DNA from: Mobula birostris
Lineage: Eukaryota
DNA length: 64,000 nucleotides
Assembly: GCF_030028105.1 (NCBI RefSeq)
Contig: NC_092373.1
Location: forward strand, 45,750,699 to 45,814,698
Direction: 5' to 3'
In this document: one piece after another, positions 23,857-37,235 of the stretch
Numbering within the stretch: position 1 is the stretch's first letter
How the letters are laid out: each line of letters starts with the position of its first letter
The notes under the pieces: model-generated
What the model was told of the DNA's origin: nothing
Database searches by the model: none
Seen by the model: only the letters and a program-made list of their open reading frames with translations
Translations under genes and position numbers: made by a program

Positions 23857-25750
23857 TGACCATAAGGCAGAGGAGCAGAGTTAGGCCATTTGGCCCATTG
23901 AGTCTGCCCTGACATTTCGTCCTGACTAATCAAGAACCTATCAACCTCCACCATAAATGCACCTAGTGACCTGGCCTCCACAGCTGCCTGTGGCAACAAA
24001 TTCCACAGATTCACCACCCTCTGGCTAAAGAAATTCCTCCTCATTTCTGTTCTAAATGGATGTCCCTCTATTCTGAGGCTGTGCCCTCTGGTCCTAGACT
24101 CCCCCACCATCTTCACATCCACTCTGTCTAGGCATTTCAACATTCAATAGGTTTCCATGAGATCCCCCCCTCATTGTTCTAAATTCCAGTGAGTCCAGGC
24201 TCAGAGCCTTCAGTCACTGCTCAAATGATAACCCTTCATTCCCGGAACCATTCTCGTGAACCTCCTCTATACCCTCTCCAATGACAGCACATTCTTTCTT
24301 AAATAAGGGGCCCAAAATTGCTCACAACACTCCAAGTGACGCCTCACCAGTTCCAAATACAACCTAAGCATTACATCCTTGCTTTTATAGTCCAGTCCTC
24401 TTGAAATGAATGCTAACATTCCATTCGCCTTCCTCACCACCAATTCAACCTGCAAATTAACCTTCAGGGAATCATACATGAGAACTCCCGAATCCCATTA
24501 CACCTCAGATTTTTGAATTTTCCCCATTTAGAAAATGCTTTTATTCCTTCTACCATAGTGCGTGACCATACACTTCCTGACACTGTATTCCATCTGCCAC
24601 CTCTTTGCCCATTCTCCTAATCTGCCTAAGTCCTCCTGCAGACTCTCTACTTCCTCAACACTATGCCCCTCCATCTACCTTCATATCATGGCAAACTTGG
24701 CCACAAGCCTATCAATTCCGTAATCCAAATTATTGACATACAATGTAAAAAGAATAGGTCCCAACACCAAGCCCTGCAGAACACCGCTAGTCACCAGCAG
24801 CCAATCAGAAAAAACTCTCTTTTCTCCACTCTTTGCCTCTTTCCATTCAGTCGATGCTTTATCCATGCTAGTATCTTTCCTGTAATATCCTGGGCTCTTA
24901 TCTTGATAAGCAGCTTCCTGTGTGGCATCTTGTCAAAGGCCTTCTGAAAATCCAAGTACACAACATCTACTGATTCTCCTTTGTCTTATCCTGCTTTTTA
25001 TTTCTTCAAAGAATTCCAACAGATTTATCAGGCAAGGTTTTCCCTTAAGGCCTATTTTGTCATGTGCTTCTTAGTACTCCAAAACCACATCCTTAACAAT
25101 TGACTCCAATATCTTCCCAACCATTGAGGTCAGGCTAACTGGCCTATAACTTCCTTTCTTCGGTCCCTCTCCCTTTTTGAGAAATGGAGTGACATTTGCA
25201 ATTTTCTAGTCCTCCGGAAGCATGCTAGCATCTATTGATTCTTGAAAGCTCACTACTAATGGCTCCACACTCTCTTCAGCTTCCTCTGTTAGAAGCCTTA
25301 GTTGTAGTCCATCTAGTCCAGGTGACTTATCTACCTTCAGACCTTTCTGCTTCCCAAGTACCTTCTCCTTACTAGTAGCAGCTGCATTTACTTCTGCCCC
25401 TAAACTCTCTCGAACTTCTGGCATTCTACTAGTGTCTTTCATAGTGAAGACAGATGCAAAATATTTATTCAATTCATCCACCATTTCCTTGTCCCCCATT
25501 ACTATCTCTCCAGAGTTATTTTTCAGTGATCCAAAATCTGTTCTCGCCTCTCTTTTACTCCTTTTATGTCCGAAAAAAACTTCGGTATCATTTTTTATAT
25601 TAGTGGCTAGCTTGCATTCATATTTCATCTTCCCCCACCTTATGTTTTTTAAGTTGCATTCAGTTGTTTTTTTGTTAATTTCTCAACCCTCTAGCTTCCC
25701 ACTAAGTTTTGCTCTATTATATGCCCTCTTTCACTTTTACATTGGCTTTC
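23857..25750 (-). mobile_element. CR1 LINE, 5' truncated, degenerate
   Basis: KSPGLDG, VTSGVLQGLVLGPILF, LVRRHLECCEQFWAPYLRK, RTRGHSLRI, NFFSQRVVNLWN. Confidence 0.92.
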
Positions 25751-28700
25751 GAACTGTCAAATGAAAAGGGTTCCCAGTTCTAGTTCACTGAAATTCCCTG
25801 AAATGACAAATTTCAGAACATATATCAGTAATAATAATCCTGACTCTGATTCTGAATTTAGAGAATGTTGATAATACGACAGGAGAACCTATGAGTAACA
25901 AATTGTGCAACCATCAGAGAAAGAGTGGAAATGAATTGATTTTCAGGGACACAATGGGCATCATCAGGGACCATGTCCAAACACATTTTAACCTGTGTCC
26001 AACAAATGTTTATCAGGAATAGAAACTTTGGTGATCTTTTGCAGGGCAGGAAGAGAGGCAGAGCTCAGTACTAATAAACAGGATGTATATTTAACAGTAC
26101 CAGGTGGTATTCAAAGATAATTAGAAGGACCAGTACTTTTATCATGCATGACCAAGCACACAGTATTAGAATTAAGTAGTATGCAATCTGCCCTGCTGCC
26201 AAAGTTAGAGATAGAGGCATTGCAAAGCAGAAGGAATGTTACGACCCTAAATCCTGAGCGTTGCAGGCTGTTAAACAATGCCTTTGCTGCTATTAGCCAT
26301 TTAGATGACTTGGCCAAAGACAAGTCCTTGCAGTTTGCTTCTGAATTTCCAGCACTCTTCGCAGCTGTCTCCTGCATGGAAGTTCAGTACGAATCTTCCT
26401 CCCATACTGTGGTTGCCAACATTCAATTCTAAAACAAAATTTGCAAGAAAGGCATTGGGTTTCTGTATGAGAGTGAGCTGCTGATTGGTACCAGTCACGT
26501 CATCAATTGTCAAATCAAGAATTAAGTCTTTTGGGACAGTGATGGAATATGTTTAGATTTTGTGAAGTTCCTCCCAGAATTCCAGTGAACTAACATGGAA
26601 CTGTAGTGTTTAACAGCGCTAAACTGGAGGATGTCAGGATGCAGTCAGATAAAGGTTCTCATGGATGAAGTGGTAATTCAGAAATTTGCTGCTCCTCATT
26701 TCTGGAGTTCACAGCCCTGTGAGGACATTTCCCCAGTCTCATCTTCTTTGCCCCTTTCTTCTCCCTTCAAAACAACGCCAATCGTTTGCAGAATATTAAT
26801 CAAAGGATCCAAAATGTTTTAAATTTCTCTGAGCTGCACTCAAGCACTTACTTTGTGTTGTTCTGATATAGGAACCATTGTTGGTAAGTATCTATGTTTG
26901 TAGAAATCAGGCATCTTGTTGCTGGCACATCCCGAGTACAATATTGCATAGAATTAAGCAAAACCTACAGCATTGGATATTCTTTGTTTTTTTTCTCCAT
27001 TGCTGTCTGTTCTTGACATAAAATATCAGGGTAAAATTGACCATTGTTCAATCGAGTTCATGTGCATTAAACCCACAAAAGGAAACTTAGTACTAGGAGA
27101 CTACTGCCATAAGTCCCAGGAACATATGAAGGACATCCACCTTCGATTCGAGTCAGATAATAAGTGTCTCTGCTGGCTGCCTACAGTGGGTATTAAAACA
27201 CTTTCCTGTGTAAATGAAAGGCTTAACAGCTCTTTTAGGAGCCCATAGGTTCTGTGGGATATTTTTTCTAAGACAAAACCCGCTAGCCCGCATGGATGAT
27301 TATAGCAAATATAACAAAAACTTTGGACTTTATCTGAAAAAAAAATCTTCCTTTTGGGTTGATTTCTGAGATCATATTTAAATAATAAATATGCATTTAG
27401 GTTTCAATTTTCCTGCCTAGTTCTGTGAGTCCTGATATCCACAGAAATGATGGTCATAATCTCTGTAGCTGGATGGATTCTGCTTAGGCTGCATCAGAAG
27501 CTGAAGCATCATCTCTATGCTGCATTATAAATTGACCACTGGTATTTTATTGGAGTTGCACACCATTTTCATGTTGGAAAGAAGTCAACTTTCTGTGTAC
27601 CATATAATGTAGACTTTGGAGAAAGCCCTCGAATGCCAAATGCTGCATAAAGCACCTTTTAAAATTAGCCTCAGTGCACATTGCCATTGCATGCTAGGTT
27701 TTCAGTTGCCATAGAGATATTAGCTTGGGATCGGCAGAAGATCAGCAGAACATCATGGTTCTTTGGCCCATTATGTCCATGTTGATATTCTAACCTATTT
27801 ACACTAGTCCCATTTGCCCTTATTTGCTCCTATATCTTGTCTACTTGAGTGTCTGGCTAAATGCCCCATAAATTTAGTGACTATTTATGATTCTACCACC
27901 TCCTCTGGCAGTGGGTTCTGAATATCAACCTCCTTTCATCCTAAATTTTGTTTCCATAACCCCACCATGGGAAAGGATTCTGACTATCTGCCTGTTATGT
28001 GCTTGACACCTTCTGGTTCATTGCTGTCAAATTATACTGTTCCACGATATTTCATTGAAATTCTGGGAGGAGCTACACAAAATCTAAACATGATTTGACA
28101 ATTGATGACATGACTGGTACCTGATAGCTGCTCATTCTCATGCAGAAACCCATTGCCTTTCTTTCACGTTTTATAAATTGATTGACAGGCATGACTCCTG
28201 CTTGCTGGAGAGCTTTGTTAGGTGGGTGAATAGGGGTGTCATGCATCAAACAGTAGTTGAGGTTGGTGGTACCATTTGTGGGATAAAACATTGGAAGATG
28301 AGTTTACCGAACTTGACCAGACTTGAGGAAATTAAATATCATTAAACAGAGCCTGAGGTTGGAGATACCATCTGTGGTTTAGACTATTGGAAGCTACATT
28401 TACTGAACATGACCAGACTTGAGGTAATTAAACATCTTGCAGCATGGCCTTCAGATCTTCAGGACCTGACACCCACTGACTTCTGTGAATTTGCCTAAGG
28501 TGATTCTATGTCTTAATAAATAGAGTACATTTCTTTTACTCCACTCTAAGGACCCTGGTATGAAATTATTGGATTCCGTTCTCTCCCATAATTATAATTC
28601 ACTTCAGAATAAGTACCATAATGATCATCTTCCCTTTAAGAAGAGTATATGTTCTTTTCAAGTGGTTCCAGGCTCTGTTCAGATGCACCCAGCCACTTAC

Positions 28701-29239
28701 CAGCAGGGTCACACTCATTGCATACCACAATCATGATAATTAGCAAGCAGCATGAAGCTGGCACACTCCCTGCATTGAAAGCAAAGAAACTCACCTTGCC
28801 ATGCCCACCTCCATGTCCAGGGGCCATCAGGTTCAGCCCTGGGCGCCTTTTTGTTGATCATTAAAGGTTTCTACAAAAAAAGTAGCTGAAAAATCATTTT
28901 CTTTACAACATTTTATACTCTTTTATTTTACTGAACAAATTATCCACCCCATGATCTGATAGTTAACCTCTATATTTTTGCAGCAATATCACATGTACAA
29001 AGTGTAGTCAACTTAATTGATCTACAATAAGCCATCACATAATAAGCACGCAAGCTGACAATGACTTTTCAGTAATTTCTTACATAACATGATAAAACAT
29101 CCTTTTAAATGATAATGCATATAAACTAAAGACAACTTTGAAGATGGACAGCAAATAGCTGGTCAAACATGTAACAATTATGAACAACTCAAGCTAAATT
29201 CACTGAACCATGCAAATTCTTACAATATATTTAAAGTAC

Positions 29240-29725
29240 TTCCTTTGATATCCCTCAGTGGTCCTTAGAGTAGAGAGAAGTGTAAGATTTAGAACTGAAA
29301 TGTTCAGAAATCATTAATGGTCTTGATATGATAATAAGGGGAGAAATTGATTTCTGAAAGAATAAACAAAGTCCATCCAAACTCTCCTTATAAACGTAGC
29401 CCTCCATTCCAAGGAACATCCGAGTGAATCTCTTCTGCACCTTCTTGATTGCTCCATTTCCTATTGTAGTACAGTGACTAGAAATGTACTTAATACTTCA
29501 AGTGTTGTGTAACCAATGTTTTGTACAACTGAGCTGTGTCATCTTATACTCAATGCCCTGGTCTATAAAGGCAAAAGTCTTTTTGCTGGTTTTATCTGCC
29601 TGTGTTACCACTGTGAGGAACTATAGACTTTATTCATCAACATTCCTTGGCAGACTACTATTTACTGTATATGTCCTTCCCATATCTGTAAGACACATTC
29701 TCCCCTGTACAAAACCACACTGACT
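29240..29725 (-). mobile_element. Highly degenerate CR1 fragments
   Basis: MQKRFTRMFLGMEG resembles the CR1 motif VQRRFTRMIPG. Confidence 0.5.
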
Positions 29726-29975
29726 CTTCCTCATCATGAGGAAGGAATGAATTGTGATATGAGGTGGGAAGGACTACATGGAGTAGACAGAAAGTTTATC
29801 GGGAAGGTGACTACTGATACAGACCAAGTGCCCTGCTTGTGTTTCGTGTTTTAGGTAAGAAAGAGAAACAAAACAAAAGCGTAGTTTGTGCAAGGGGACT
29901 TTTGTCCAGTAGAAGAAAAGGCCAAACGAAGAGGGACTAAGCGTTTTAATGAATTGTACACTACTTTGGCAGATA

Positions 29976-30223
29976 CCTCCTGTCCCATGATCCTCTCGTA
30001 TCCCTTTTGCCTATCACCTGTCCAGCTCTTGGCTCCATCCCTCCCCCTCCTGTCTTCTCCTATCATTTTGGATCTCCCCCTCCCCCTCCAACTTTCAAAT
30101 CCCTTACTCACTCTTCCTTCAGTTAGTCCTGACGAAGGGTCTCGGCCTGAAACATCGACTGCACCTCTTCCTGGAGATGTTGCCTGGCCTGCTGCGTTCA
30201 CCAGCAACTTTGATGTGTGTTGC
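29976..30223 (+). mobile_element. PLE family A, pLTR-only insertion
   Basis: Near-identical to 3850-4098; 10-bp TSD ttggcagata at 29966-29975 and 30224-30233. Confidence 0.92.
30125..30160 (+). ncRNA. Minimal type I hammerhead ribozyme motif
   Basis: AGUC-CUGACGA-A-GGGU-CUCG-GCCU-GAAA-CA-UC-GACU; the stem III palindrome is lost by CpG decay. Confidence 0.65.
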
Positions 30224-30401
30224 TTGGCAGATAAATGTTTGCTTTTATATTCAGAAGCATGCCAAATCATCAACCATAGATTTACAGTGTGTGACATCAT
30301 TGGTTTGATAGTAATTAGGACCGAGGAGTGGTGTTGGGTTGGAAAGGAGAGCTAATTGGCCATGTTTTGGTGAGATATTTGGTGAAGACCCAGGGAAAGT
30401 C

Positions 30402-30942
30402 CAGTCAGTGGCCACTTCATTAAGTATATCTGTACACCTACTTGTTAAATGTACATATCTAATCATGTGGCAGCAAGTTAATGCATAAAAGCAGGCAGAT
30501 ACGGTCAAGAGGTTCATATCAAACCAGAATGGGGAAGAAATGTGATCTAAGTGACTTGATGCTGGGAACAATTTTTGAAGCCAGGCAGGGTGGTTTGAGT
30601 ATCATAGGAACTTCTGGTCTCCTGTACAACAGTCTCTGGGGTTTACAGAGAATGGTGCAAGAAACAAAAAAAAACCCAAAATGAGCAGCAATTCTGTAGG
30701 TGAAAATGCCTTATTAATGAGAGATCAGAGGAGATTGGGCAGACTGGTTCAAGCTGACAGGAAAGTTAATCAGATAGCTACAAGTTACAACCTTGGTGTG
30801 CAGAAGAGCATCTCCAAATTCACAAAATGTCCAACCTTGATGTTAATTGGCTACAGCAGCAGAAGACCGCGAACATTCAGAAATAAACTCAGTGCCTCTT
30901 TCATTACGTACCTCCTGTACATAATAAAATGGCCACTGAGAG
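30402..30942 (+). mobile_element. Non-autonomous Tc1-like DNA transposon
   Basis: TIR-like ends cagtcagtggccacttcatta / taataaaatggccactgagag-TA; transposase N-terminal remnant MGKKCDLSD...ARQGGLSI and RRLGRLVQADRK; an extra internal TIR-like copy at ~30886-30912. Confidence 0.8.
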
Positions 30943-31634
30943 TAGTTTACTTTGCCCCTAGACCATTATTGAAATAATAAAATGCCCTAAAGATATCTGT
31001 GTGAATTCATCAGTGGTGCAGGTTCTCAGTGCACGTTGGATGTGGAGAATCACACAGCTGAAATCTTTGTCACTGCATTAAAAACAACCCGACGAATGGG
31101 ATTGACAGTGTTTAATTTAGCCTCCTTTTAACTGCCATTGTGTATATCAATTTTCCTGTGGTTGAAACCAGTGCAGTTCAGTATATTAAAATCAATGTTC
31201 ATTTTGTACCAAAATAGCTTTATATGTCTGCTAATGGGTTGAATGCGTGACCCCACTCCATTTCATAGTGATGAGGTCACTCTGCTGCTCCGTGAGTCAT
31301 AATGTTAGTTTTATTTTTGGATTAGTAATAAATATATGACTTTGGATTTACTAAAGTAATTTCTGTGTCTTGTAAGAGTAAACTCTTTGCAGAATTTACA
31401 TATTTTCTTGCAATTTCATTCACCTTAAACATATCGACATTTTATCTATTTTTCCTCACATCAGTGCTGTGGGTTGTCCAAGTCTAAAATAAACAAAGAA
31501 GATCCAGCCTGCTGAACAAAATAATTCATTGTTATAAAATGACAGTGTTTCTCCTGAAACCGTTGGCAAGGTCATCAATGCAATCTGGTTCATCAACTAT
31601 TTTGGAAGGAACTTCAGAAATAACATCTTTTATA

Positions 31635-33375
31635 AACTTACCAATTCCCACCGGCATCTTGACAATACCTCTTCCCACTCTATCTCCTGTAAAAGTACTG
31701 TTCCCTTTTCTCAGTTCCTACATCTCTTGTGCATCTGTTCCCAGGATGTGGATTTCCTTTCCAAAACATCAGAGATGTCCTCCTTCTTCAAAGATAGGAG
31801 TTTTCCTTCTTCCACCATTGATGCAGCCCTCACCTGCACCTCCTCCATTTTCAGAATATCTGTGCTCATGCCATCTTCCCACCACCTTAACAGGAATAGA
31901 GGTCCTCTTGTCCTTTCCCACTTCACCTGCCAATTTGCTGGGGCACTTATTGAGTCTGGTGCTCCTGATGTGGCCTCTACATTGGTGAGACCTGTCGTAA
32001 ATGACAGTGTGAGGAGAAGTGTGAGGTGGTACACTTTGGAAGGACAAACTCCAAGGCAGAGTACAAAGTAAATGGTAGGATACTTGGTAGTGTGGCAGAG
32101 GGATCTCGTGGTACATGTCCACAGATCCCTGAAAGTTGCCTCACAGGTGGATAGGGTAGTTAAGAAAGCTTATGGGGTGTTAGTTTTCATAAGTCGAGGG
32201 ATAGAGCTTAAGAGTCGCGATGTAATGATGCAGCTCTATAAAACTCTGGTTAGACCACACTTGGAGTACTGTGTCCAGTTCTGGTCACCTCACTATAGGA
32301 AAGATGTGGAAGCATTGGAAACGGTACAGAGGAGATTTACCAGGATACTGCCTGATTTAGAGAGTATGCATTATGATCAGAGATTAAGGGAGCTAGGGCT
32401 TTACTCTTTGGAGAGAAGGAGGATGAGAAGAGACATGATAGAGGTGTACAAGATAATAAGAGGAATAGATAGAGTGGATAGCCAGCGCCTCTTCCCCAGG
32501 GCACCACTGCTCAATACAAGAAGATATGGCTTTAAGGTAAGGGGTGGGAAGTTCAAGGGGGATATTAGAGGAATGTTTTTTACTCAGAGAGTGGTTGGTG
32601 CGTGGAATGCACTGCCTGAGTCAGTGGTGGAGGCAGATACACTAGTGAAGTTTAAGAGACTACTAGACAGGTATATGGAGGAATCTAAGGTGGGGCTTAT
32701 ATGGGAGGCAGGGTTTGAGGGTCGGTACAACATTGTGGGCCGAAGGGCCTGTACTGTGCTGTACTATTCTATGTTCTATGTAAATTGGGGACTGCTTCAT
32801 CAGGCTCTTCCACTCCATCCACCAAAAGCAAAACTTCCCGGTGGGAAAACATTTTAATTCCAATTCTCTTTCCCATTCTGATATGTTTGTCCATGGTCTC
32901 CTCCTCCACGATGAAGGTACGCTCAGGGTGAAGGAGCAACACCTTATATTCTCTTTCCGATTGAAAAAAAAGATTTCTCTTTCTGATAAGAAAAATATCC
33001 CTCTTCCTCTCCTCTTCTTTTATTCCCTACTCTGGCGTCTAACCTCTTCAGTCTATCACCTCGCCCTTGGCATCCTCCTCCCTCCCTTTCTCTGATGGTC
33101 CACTCTCCTCTCCTATTAGATTTCTTCCTCTCCAACCCTTTACCTTCCTCACCTGCCTAGCTTCACCCATCACCATCTAGCTATCCTCCTTCCCCTTCCT
33201 CCACTTTTTAAATCTGGCATCTTCCCCCTACCTTTCCAGTCCTGAAGAAGAGTCTCGGCCTGAAACATTGACTGTTTATTCATTTTCATAGATGCTGCCT
33301 AACCTGCTGAGTTCCTCCAGCATGTTGTATGTGTTGCTTTGGATTTTCAGCATCTGCAGAATTTCTCATGTTCAC
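31635..33375 (+). mobile_element. Older PLE 3' half interrupted by a CR1 insertion
   Basis: CICSQDVDFLSKTSEMSSFFKDRSFPSSTIDAAL, then ctacattggtgagacc; resumes at 32781 and ends with a hammerhead-like motif at ~33238 and the cagcatctgcaga tail. Confidence 0.85.
32003..32780 (+). mobile_element. Young 5'-truncated CR1 LINE
   Basis: Uninterrupted RT C-terminal frame (LYKTLVRPHLEYCVQFWSPHYRKDVEALETVQRRFTR...FFTQRVVGAWNALP); (ttctatg)n tail; TSD gtaaat at 31997-32002 and 32780-32785. Confidence 0.92.
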
Positions 33376-33911
33376 AAATAACATACAGTACATGGCTACC
33401 AAACGACAATTCAAATTTTAAATCCCAGTCGCCATCTATGAGAGCTTTATTCAACAAGTCTCTTACTATGTGCTCAGGAGTATTAATATCAGAAAGGAGG
33501 AATGTAAACATAAGGAACAGGAGAAGTGTGAGATTATAAGGCCTTTCTATTTTGCCTTGACATTCAATAACCTCTGGGATGATCTAATCCTGGCCTCAGT
33601 TCCTTTCTTCTGCCCGTTTTTCATAACAAGAGTTTTTATCAGCCAAAAATCTGTCCATCTTGTTGCCGAATTTATTCATTGGCAGATTCCATAACCCTCC
33701 GTGGCAGATAATTTCAAAAATGCAAAATCCTTTGAGAGAAGAAATTCCTTCTCATCCCGATCTTAAGCGGATGACATTACCCAGTGAGGAGAAACTTCCT
33801 CTCAGCACAATCTTTACAAATAATCTTCCCATCAACAATTCTTAAATGCTTTAATGCAATCTCCTTTCATTCTGAACTCCAATCAGTAAAAACTCAAGCT
33901 ATTCAAGCTTT

Positions 33912-34272
33912 GGAAATGGAATTGGTTTATTATTGTCACATGTACAATGATACAGTGAAAAGTTTGTTCATACAGATCAAATCGTTACATGGTACATTGA
34001 GGTAGGACAAGGAAAACAATTATAGAAAGTTGAACAAAGTGTAACAGCTACAGAGAAGGTGCAGTCCAGGTAAACAGTAAGGTGCAAGATCATAATGAGG
34101 TTGATTGTGAGGTCAGGAGTCCAATTCATTATGCCAGGAAACTATTTAATATTCTTATAACAGCAGGATAGAAGCTGTCCTTGAGCTTGGTAGAATGTGT
34201 TTTCAGGTTTTTTTTAAATCTTTTAACCAGTGGAAGAAAAGAGAAAAGAAAATATCTAGGATGGGTGGGGAA
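33912..34272 (-). mobile_element. Rex1/Babar LINE 3' fragment
   Basis: THSTKLKDSFYPAVIRILN C-terminus plus a 3' UTR homologous to 1832-2046. Confidence 0.65.
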
Positions 34273-34754
34273 CACACAAAACACGCATAAAATTCTGCAA
34301 GAACTCTCATAAGCCAACCCCTTCTTTGATCTGCCTACAATGCAAGTATAGTCCTTCATAAAATTAGAGACCCAAACTGTATGCAGTATTCAGCATTGAA
34401 TTCAAATTCCTATTTGTTCTGCCCAATTGACCAAGCTATCCAAATCTCCGTGTGGTATAAAGCTTTGCCTGCCATGTGGACAATTTTTGTATCATTTGAA
34501 AACTTCTCTTTCATGTCCCCATTTAAATCTAAATCATTGATTGTAAATTCCAAAAAAATTATCAAATTACCAAAATTATCAGAAATGACCCATATTACCA
34601 AAACAAGGACTGAGTTCCGAACTCTGTCGAAACCCATTGGTAACGGTTTTCAGTCCCAAAAATACACATCAGCATTACCCGACATCATCAGGTTTCTGAA
34701 TTGTCCATCACCCCATTATTGGCACCTTGTTATTGCTATTTTTGCACTATTTAT

Positions 34755-35035
34755 TAATTTATTTGAGATACAGCATGGAATAGACCCTTCTGGCCCTTTG
34801 AGCTATGCCGCCCACCACCCTTGATTTAACCCCACCGAATCATGGGACAATTTACAATGACCAAGTAACCTGTTAACAGGTACATCTTTGGAATGTGGCA
34901 GGAAGCCAGATCACTCTGATAAAACCCATGCATTCCATGGGAAGGATGTACAGATTCCTTACAGATGACATCGGAATTGAACTCTGAACACCAACAACCT
35001 GAGCTTTAATAGTGTCGTGTTAACCACTACGCTAC
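34755..35035 (-). mobile_element. V-SINE / HE1-like SINE
   Basis: Same layout as 7795-8061. Confidence 0.7.
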
Positions 35036-35374
35036 CTTTTTATTTTGAAGTTTGATGTCTTTACACTGTATTGCTGCTGGAGTACTGCTCATGTCACATG
35101 AGACAGTGATGATGAACCTAAATCTGAATTATGGGTATTTGCTTTGTTCATTTCCTACTCACCTTTTAAACAAGAGTACAATATTAGCAATATCTCAATC
35201 CTTTGGGACCACCATGACTTCCTCCCTTGTACTTCTAAAATCCCAGCAAATACTTCATACAGACCTGGGTTCTGAAATAGTTTTGAAGACGCTAAACCCT
35301 TAACTAACTTCTCTTCTAGTGTGTTCATGCTATCCAATGTTTTCTACTCTATCACTGGAATTATCCTTGTCAGT

Positions 35375-35675
35375 GTGGCACATGGCCAAGTGGTTAAGGC
35401 ATTGGACTAGCGGCCTGAAGGTCATGAGTTCGAGCCCCAGCCGAGGCAATGTGTTAATGTACTTAATCATACATTGCTCTGCGATGACACTGGTGCCAAG
35501 CTGTATGGGTCTTAATGCCCTTCCCTTGGACAACATCGGTGTCGTGGAGAGGGGAGACTTGCAGCATGGGCAACTGCTGGTCTTCCATACAACCCTGCCC
35601 AGGCCTGCACCCTGGAGAGTGAAGACTTTCCAGGCACAGATCCATGGTCTCGCAAGACTAATGGATGCCTTTATC
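35375..35675 (+). mobile_element. tRNA-derived SINE (distinct from the V-SINEs)
   Basis: Head gtggcacaTGGCCAAGTGGttaaggcattggactagcggcctgaaggtcatGAGTTCGAGCCccagcc with Pol III A and B boxes; no acceptor stem; ~230-bp unrelated body. Confidence 0.8.
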
Positions 35676-35844
35676 ATGATAAAGTATTCATTCAGAATCT
35701 TGTCAACTCCTTTATACAAAATAAGTATGATTAAGATCTCTAATGGACCCTTATCTTCTCTTGGTTATCTTCTCACCTTTAGGTATCACCCGTAGATTTC
35801 CTTAGATTTTACATGTCATTTACCTGAAGCACATCTACATGAAA

Positions 35845-36306
35845 CACAGCATCCATCATCAGGAGACTGCCACCACCCAGGACATGCTTTCTTCTAGCTG
35901 CAGCCATTAGGAAGAAGGTACAGGAGCCTCAGGACTCACACCACCAGTTTCAGGAACAGTACTACCCCTCAACCGTAAGGGTCTTGAACCAAAGTAGATA
36001 ACTTCACTCAACTTCACTTGCCCCAACATTGAAATGTTCCCACAACCAATGATTCACTTTCAAGGACTCTGCATCTCATGCTCTTGATATTTAATGCATA
36101 TTTATTTATTATTATTTCTTCCTATTGTATTTGTATAGTTTGTTGTCTTCTGGACTCTGGTTGAACACCTTAGTTGGACAGTCATTCATCAATTCTGTTA
36201 TGGTTATTATTCCATAGTTATTGAGTCTGCCCACAAAAAAAAAAGACTCTCAGTGTTGTATATGCTGACACAAATGTACCTGGATGATAAATTTACTTTG
36301 AACTTT
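35845..36306 (+). mobile_element. Rex1/Babar LINE 3' fragment
   Basis: cagcatccatcatcagg..caccacccaggacatgct..gaagaaggtacaggagcctcagga; ends gataaatttactttgaacttt. Confidence 0.75.
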
Positions 36307-37235
36307 CAACTTTTTTTCATATCTGTTTTGTAACTCCAGAAACTAATCAAAAGAAAAATGCAGGAGCCTGGGATAACATGTGTACTTAGTTTCTTTAGCA
36401 AGGCGCTCACATATGAAGTGGAGCTGTAATGATGTATGCCATTCACATGCTTCTCACATATAACCCGTAACAGATTATGTAAACAAACTAAAATGCTTAA
36501 TCAAGCAATACATTTACCATATTCCTCAAATATCACTGAAATATTAAGTATAATACATCCTTCCCTGCTTAGCTATAAACTCTGACTTATTACAGAATGT
36601 AGCTCAACTCAGATATGTAACTTATTGCTCTCTAGTCATCTTATATACTCCATACAGTATGTATACCATACTGTGTAATACATCTAGCTTACAAACGTCA
36701 ACACATAGTAAATTTTAAATTGTCTCATTCAGGCCTAAAGATTTAATCAGCATGTGGAGTAACGTCTTTCCTGACAAGGGAGGGTCACTCTGCTTGGCTA
36801 GTGAGACTTGAGGCTGTGAAACAATCTCAGATTCTGAGGTCTTCTCCATGGTGTTTGTAGAAGTGAACTCTGGGACTGCAGGAAGTGGTTTTGACAGCTC
36901 TGGACATCTTTCTTCTCCAACAATTGACTCTGCTCTCCTCAGCTGATTGATGTGTCATCTCCAGATGATATCAGACGCAATCTCCACTGTGCAGGAGGGT
37001 GGCCCAGCTCTTTCCTTAATCTTTTCAAGGACCCACTTTTAATCACTTCTGCAGTCCCTCAATAGGACCACTTGTCCAGAAGTGAAACATCGAACCTCCT
37101 GGTTGAGGAGTTCCAAATTGGTCTCAGCTGTCTGTCCTGCATACTCCTTCTGAGATTAGGTTTAAGGAGATCCAAATGTGAGTGCCAGGGATGACCCAGG
37201 AACAGTGTAGCTGGCGAGATGTTGGTTGTGGACTG

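Noticed and set aside
26111-26513. Overlapping 70-94 aa ORFs on both strands
   Set aside because: No recognisable motif and no convincing paired splice sites.
35375-35450. Functional tRNA gene
   Set aside because: The acceptor stem does not pair, there is no oligo-T terminator, and the sequence continues into a SINE body.
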